Assembly: GCF_009914755.1 (NCBI RefSeq)
Contig: NC_060930.1
Source of the DNA: the human T2T-CHM13v2.0 reference genome, Homo sapiens
Length of the DNA: 64,000 nucleotides
Direction: 5' to 3' (one strand)
Below, in pieces: positions 58,511-64,000 of the stretch. Under the pieces are notes generated by a model. The model was given only the letters and a program-made list of their open reading frames with translations, searched no databases and was not told the DNA's origin. How positions within the stretch are numbered: the stretch's first letter is position 1; the number at the start of each line of letters is the position of its first letter. The position numbers were made by a program, and so were the translations under genes.

Positions 58511-59379
58511 TAATATAAAACAGTAAAGGGCCAAAACCAGTAGAAAATAAATTTGAAAAGCAGTAGCTGCAGTGATCAAAGTGAAAGCAGAAATAGCGTC
58601 AACTGAAGAAGAAGGGAGGTATAAGAGAAAAATACAGCTGTAATAATTAACATGTACAGTTATGGGAGGGCATAGCAGAGGAATAGACAACGAGGCAGAA
58701 TAAAGAATCTAGAAACTGGCTCACAAATATCTGGGAACTTCATAAATGATAAAGATGGTATTTCACATCATTAGGGGAATGATAGATTATTTAATACAGC
58801 TATAAATAGTTACTTATGTGGAAAAAGATGCAATTAGATTCCTACCTCTTCCTACACACAAAAACAAATTCTTGGTGGGTTAAAGACTTATCCTGAGAAA
58901 CAAACTGTAAGCCTTTTAGAAATAAACCCAAGATGTCTGTTATTTTTAGTTCTTTTCTATATGTTTAAAATATTTTATAGTTAAACTGTTATTGTAGAAA
59001 AAAGTAAATGAACCAGAAATTTGAGGGAACTATACTATTTATGGGGCAGTTCAGAAAACCTAAGGGGCAAAATATTTATGATGATCATAAAATAAGTATT
59101 TTCCAATTTCCCATGGTTAAAATGGCACTGGAGGCCAAAACCTAGATACTAGACTCTAAAGAGTATTACCTAGCTTCACCAACTCACTATAAAAATGAAG
59201 AAAATAAAACCTACTTTGTATGGTTGTGTCTTTTATGGCTTTTATAATCTTAATTTATTTTTTATGGTAGGGTCTTTTATGGCAAGGGGAAAGGAACCCA
59301 ATTCAGATTTGCTTAAGCAAAGATAGGACGTGCGGCTCCTGTAACTAGGAAGTTCAGGGGCATTGACAATAAACGCGTG

Positions 59380-59590
59380 TATAGGGCCAGGCTGTAGTCT
59401 AAGCACTTTACATCCATCCACCCATTTAATCCTCACAATGACCCTAACAAGGTGGGTTCTGTTATTATTCTCATCTTGCTGATGAGCAAACCGACACAGA
59501 AAGGCAGACAGAGAGCCAGGAGGTAAGCAACGTGCCTGAGGTCACCTGGTTAGTAAGCGGCTGAAGTCAGGTCTAAACCCGTCCCAGGTG
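59380..59590 (-). mobile_element. MIR SINE
   Basis: CTAAGCACTTTACAT..ATTTAATCCTCACAATGACCCT..GATGAGCAAACCGA..GGTCAC. Confidence 0.75.
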
Positions 59591-59682
59591 GCTCATGAAA
59601 CCTAGCAGGAGGCAGAGAATCACTGAGGGGATACAGGCCTGGTAGACTGGGTACTGGGTGGAGAAAAGGTCGGATAGGGAAA

Positions 59683-59707
59683 CACACACACACACACACA
59701 CACACAC
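59683..59707. repeat. (CA)n microsatellite
   Basis: About 12 CA units. Confidence 0.95.
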
Positions 59708-59999
59708 CTGATGGCTCCATGGCCAAGAAAAGACTTAGGAAGTAGAGTCATTGGGTGTAAATTTCCCCTTTGCATAGGGATGTGCGGTGTGAACTACTAT
59801 TTCATATCTCCTGGGAAATCTTCAAGGTCTGAGTTGGTCACTAACACTTTGCAATGTTTGGTTTGTTTGGGGAAACCCAAAAAGGAGCTAAGCTCATGTA
59901 GTTTGATGTGGGATAAAAATAAAGACAGTGAACGTAGAAGGAAGAACCCAAGGATAAAGGGCCAGTTGGCCTCTGGGTGATGCCAAAATGGAATTTACT

Positions 60000-60440
60000 C
60001 TGTGGGTTTAGGGAGCCCTACGTAAGATTTTGAGCAGGAACTGATACAATGAAAAATGGTGGTATGAATATTTCAAGTGACATGCACTTAAAATGAAAGG
60101 TGAAAAACTCAAAGGGAGGGAGACCAGTTAGAATGCTGCTTGCTACATTAGTATAATGCTAAAGTTAGATTAAATTAGAAGAATAGGGTTGTGGCCAGGC
60201 AAACAAAAAAAGAAGACATGAATGAGGAAGGCATTATCACGGCAAAGCCGGCAGCATCTGCTACTTGAACGGATGTTTGGGGGAAAAAGAGTGGGGAAAG
60301 TTAAAGATAACTCTGAAGTTACAGTGTTGGTGACTGGGAAGATGATGTCATTGGAAAGAAAAGGAAAGTTACAATAAATAACAGGTTTTAGGGGAAAAAC
60401 AGAATTCAATTTTAGGCAAGTTGAATTTGAGATGATGGAT
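60000..60440 (-). mobile_element. L2 fragment
   Basis: GATTTTGAGCAGG..GGAGACCAGTTAG..AATTCAATTTTAGGCAAGTTGAATTTGAGATG. Confidence 0.65.
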
Positions 60441-60447
60441 AAGAAAT

Positions 60448-60950
60448 TGTATCAGTTAGGATTCTTAGTTGGAAGCAACCAACACCAACGCTGATTTAAG
60501 AGGCAAAGGAACATTTTAAAGAAGATTGAGTCATTTTCAGAGTCTTCAGGAAATGTACAAACCAGGCTTAGAACTTCTCACCTTGAAACAATGCTCCAAA
60601 TTAGGAGTTATCCCCTGGGAGCTGCCTCTGAGCCTCTGAGCCCTGGACACTGTGGCCACTGTGGCCTGTGGCACCCATGGCCACTGCTGCAGTCACCTTT
60701 ACTGCCAGGCTTCTAGGTCCCTGCTTCCTTGGATTACAAGCTTCTGATATAAGAAACAGGTGCACCAGAGAGGCACAGGCCATATGGGCATGCCTAGCTG
60801 CAGGGATGGCTGGGAAAGTGAGTATTTGGCTTTTTCAGCTTATTTATAGTGTGGCATAGCCTCTGTATCCCACCAAAGCTTCTTCAATCTTTTAAGTCTC
60901 CCAAAATAGTAAAAGGGGTCATATGCCAGGTAGCCAAAAGATCATTCAAC
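60448..60950 (-). mobile_element. Old MLT1 (J/K-like) LTR
   Basis: TGTATCAGTTAGGATTCTTAGTTGGAAGCAAC..CCTAGCTGCAGGGATGGCTGGGAAAGTGAGTATTTGGC. Confidence 0.5.
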
Positions 60951-61823
60951 TACAAGTACCTATCAGGGGCTTAGAACATTTGGACTGGAGCTCAGGTGAG
61001 AGGCTGGCATTGGTGATACAGCTCTAGAAGAGGTTGTTCTCTAAGTAGAGGGTCTGGGGCATGATGGGGAGAGAAGACAGCAGAGAACGAAAATTTATAC
61101 GAAATGGTATTTAGATGGCTAGGGGAGCAAAGAAGGGCATCAGACAAGTTAGTCAAGAGAAGAGAACTTCCATGGAGTGGAGTAGGGTGAATGAGTATGG
61201 GAGAGAGGGCCATAAAACCCGGGAAAATGTCAAACTTCTGGAATTAAGAAGTTAGTATTGGCCATTTCAGGCATTCAAAACAGTTACAGGGAGGTAGTGA
61301 GTGAGTGGTAAAGAAGCAGATGCAGGAGGTACAGTCAACCTATTTAAGAGTATCATGGAGAATATACACTATACAGTTCAAGACAATTTTATTTGTGCTG
61401 TAAAATTATTCACATGTTCCATTTACTGGCCCCTTAAGGAGAGTTCAACGCTGGAGTGCTGTTTAGCAATTAGCTTTATGCATTTTCCTGAATACTTAAT
61501 GTTTTTTGGCCAGGGCTTGGACTGTGAGGGGCAAGCTTTATCAATATTTGAAATCTCTGGTTAAGTATAGAAGGGCTGCATTAGTTTCTGTGGCTGTCTG
61601 CCAGATCACAGAATCACGGCACAATAGAGATGAATTCACAGGCAATACACCCGAAGTGAAGATGGGCAGATGAACTTCCTTAGGGTCCACAGAACCAGGT
61701 TCTTCTAAATTCTGGTCAAGTCAGAAACTTTATTTGAACTCAATCAATGTGAGACCATTAGCTGTGCTCTCTGGGATGGTACAGGAAAGAGGTGAGATCT
61801 TGGGAACAGATGAAATCCCCAGG

Positions 61824-62225
61824 TGTCTTAGTCTCATTGTACTGTTATAACAAATAACAGACTGGATAATTTACAAAGGACAGAAATTTCTTGCTCATAG
61901 TTTTGGAGGCTGGGAAGTCCAAGATCAAGGGGCCAACAGGTTTCTTGTCTGGTGAGAGTCCAGTCTCTGCTTTCAAGATGGCACCATGAAGCCTGCAACT
62001 ACCAGAGGTGAGAACCGCTGTGTCCTCACATGGCAGAAAGTGGAAAGGCAGAAGGGACAAACTTCCTCTGTCAGGGCCTTTTATAAGGGTACCTAATCTC
62101 ATTCATGAGGTCTCTACTCTCATGACCTAATCACCTCCTGAAGACCCCACCTCTTAATTCTTTTAGATTAGCCATTAAGTTTCAACACAAATTTTGGAAG
62201 GAACACAAACATTTAAACCTTAGCA
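61824..62225 (-). mobile_element. MST-type MaLR solo LTR
   Basis: TGTCTTAGTC..GGAGGCTGGGAAGTCCAAGATCAAGG..AAACCTTAGCA; 5-bp TSD CCAGG/CCATG. Confidence 0.85.
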
Positions 62226-63024
62226 CCATGGTTTTTCTGTTCCCCAGGAGTTTAGACCTGGTTGGGTCTGAGGTGTGGTCAGGACATGAAAGTCGGAATG
62301 TTATAGAGTGCCCATGGGCCCTGTGTGGCCAGCTCCCATCTGGGAAGCATGATGTGGTTTCCTTACTTACATATTCCTTCATTCCTTGCACTAAAAACTC
62401 AGCCTGTAGCAGTATTAAGACATAGTTCAAAGAGGCTATGGCTCACCTCTCAGTACAGATTCTCTGAAGTGATGGTTTGGCAGCTGGTGTCTGTTTTAAG
62501 AGGGTCTCAAACAGGATCTTGGTAAATTCTAAATTTTGAGAAGCATTACAGGAGAGGTGAAGTGGTGGGATCAGGAATCTCAGAGAGATTGCGAGAGGCA
62601 GGGAGTGAGCAGGGAGTTCATGGAAAACCAATGACCTGTTTGAGTGGCTGTCATCCTGAAGGCTTAGTTACTGAGGTGTCATGAAGAAAGCCTTTTCTGA
62701 TGAATTTGAACAGATTCTGAATTGCTATGAATATTTATTAATGGTGACCCAATGCCCCCAGATGAAAGTGATCTTTCTCTCTTTTAAAAATTCTAAACTC
62801 TAAACATCTCTTTGTTTCATACGGATCTTATCCATTTCCATTAAAGCCATTATGTATCTTATCACATCAGGGAGCACTTTATTAACAGGGAAGCACCATA
62901 TAAGCATTAGTTATTTATGTGTGTAGTATATAAGGACGTTAAAACCGAACAGGCTCAAGTTTTGAGATCCCACAGGCCTAGATGTCAACCAAACACACAT
63001 TTAAAAGTGAGGCATGAGAACATC

Positions 63025-63396
63025 TGTTATAGACGGAACACTTGTGTCCCCCAAATTCACATGTGGAAACTCTACCTCCTAATGTGATGGTATTAGGAGG
63101 TGGGGTCTTTGGGAGGTGGTTAGGATTAGATGAGGCCCTGAGGGTAGAGTTTTCATGAATGGGATAAGTGTCTTTATACGAGTCCTAAGACAGCTTGCTT
63201 CCTTTCTCCTCAATTTGAGGACACAGCAAGAAGACAGCAGTGTATGAACCAGAAAGTAGGCTGTTACCAGACACTGAATCTGCTGCTACCATCAGCTTGG
63301 ACTTTACAGCCTCTAGAACTATGAGCAATAAATATTTGTTGTTTAAGCCTCCCAGTCTGTGGTATTTTGTTATGGCAGCCTGAGCTAACTAATATA
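63025..63396 (+). mobile_element. MLT1A-type MaLR solo LTR
   Basis: TGTTATAGAC..TGTGTCCCCCAAATTCACATGT..AATAAATATTTGTTGTTTAAGCC..TTTGTTATGGCAGCC. Confidence 0.85.
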
Positions 63397-64000
63397 ACAC
63401 TTGTGTGGGTTTGGCCAAGGTGATTTCTGAAAACAAGTTTTGTCAGCATTCACCCATCACCTACTTTGCAGGCCATATAACTGAAAGCTAAGAAGTCAGG
63501 GAAGGAGGTTAAAATTCAACAAGAAGTTTCTTTCAAAGAGAGATGTTTGAGGGCTGTGGCAGGAATCAGGGGGAATTGACTTTAGTCTTCTAGGGTAGGT
63601 AGGACCCAGAAGCTGATGTCTATTTCTATCTCTGGAAGGTTAAAGACTGTGCTGGATGCCACTTGCCAGGCTTTGGGATGAACAGAGGTGACTAGTGTGG
63701 ATGTGAACATCATTCCAAAGAAGGTGGGCCCCAAAATGGTGCCAGTTTGGGGATAGTTCTGTGATTCCACACAAGAAAATGGCCTGTAGGAGTGAGATAG
63801 CCTTAAAAGGGGAGTATCCTAGCAGGTACTAGGGACTGGGTGAAAAACCACAAGTTGCCAGGCATAGTCCATATGAAGGGGTTGGAGACTGAGGATTCAG
63901 TGGGGGTACCCATCACATCTATCCTGCTTCATTAGCTCTTTCATACTTTTACCTTCCCATCCCCTACCCACTGCTCTACCCTGGAGGAACCAGAGACAGC

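Overview
Repeat-dense primate genomic DNA, almost certainly human because it carries an AluYa5. I found no host protein-coding exon and cannot name the locus. Main contents: (1) a ~5.8 kb minus-strand HERV-H provirus (6690-12480) with a tRNA-His PBS, LTR7Y-like LTRs and a clipped 5' LTR; (2) a co-oriented solo LTR7up-like LTR 2.8 kb upstream, with a near-consensus AluYa5 between them; (3) a formerly full-length L1PA7/8-like element (44382-52044) invaded by a HERV-K(HML-3)/MER9 provirus, then collapsed by a CATG-microhomology deletion, with an in-frame capsid::dUTPase-protease fusion ORF; (4) further L1, Alu, L2, MIR, MaLR and DNA-transposon relics, a 1.35 kb AT-rich minisatellite and a polypyrimidine/GGAA tract; (5) a small CpG-rich unique segment near 37.6-37.9 kb with a CTCF-like motif. 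The least explained signal is a set of short local templated copies: a 148-bp inverted and a 79-bp direct copy of the 5.05-5.2 kb segment, a 38-bp copy from 22.7 kb at the minisatellite edge, and snap-back hairpins at an L1 junction. I see no evidence for a wholly new biological system. Subfamily names come from recalled consensus sequences and counts are by hand, so both need RepeatMasker/Dfam and alignment confirmation.
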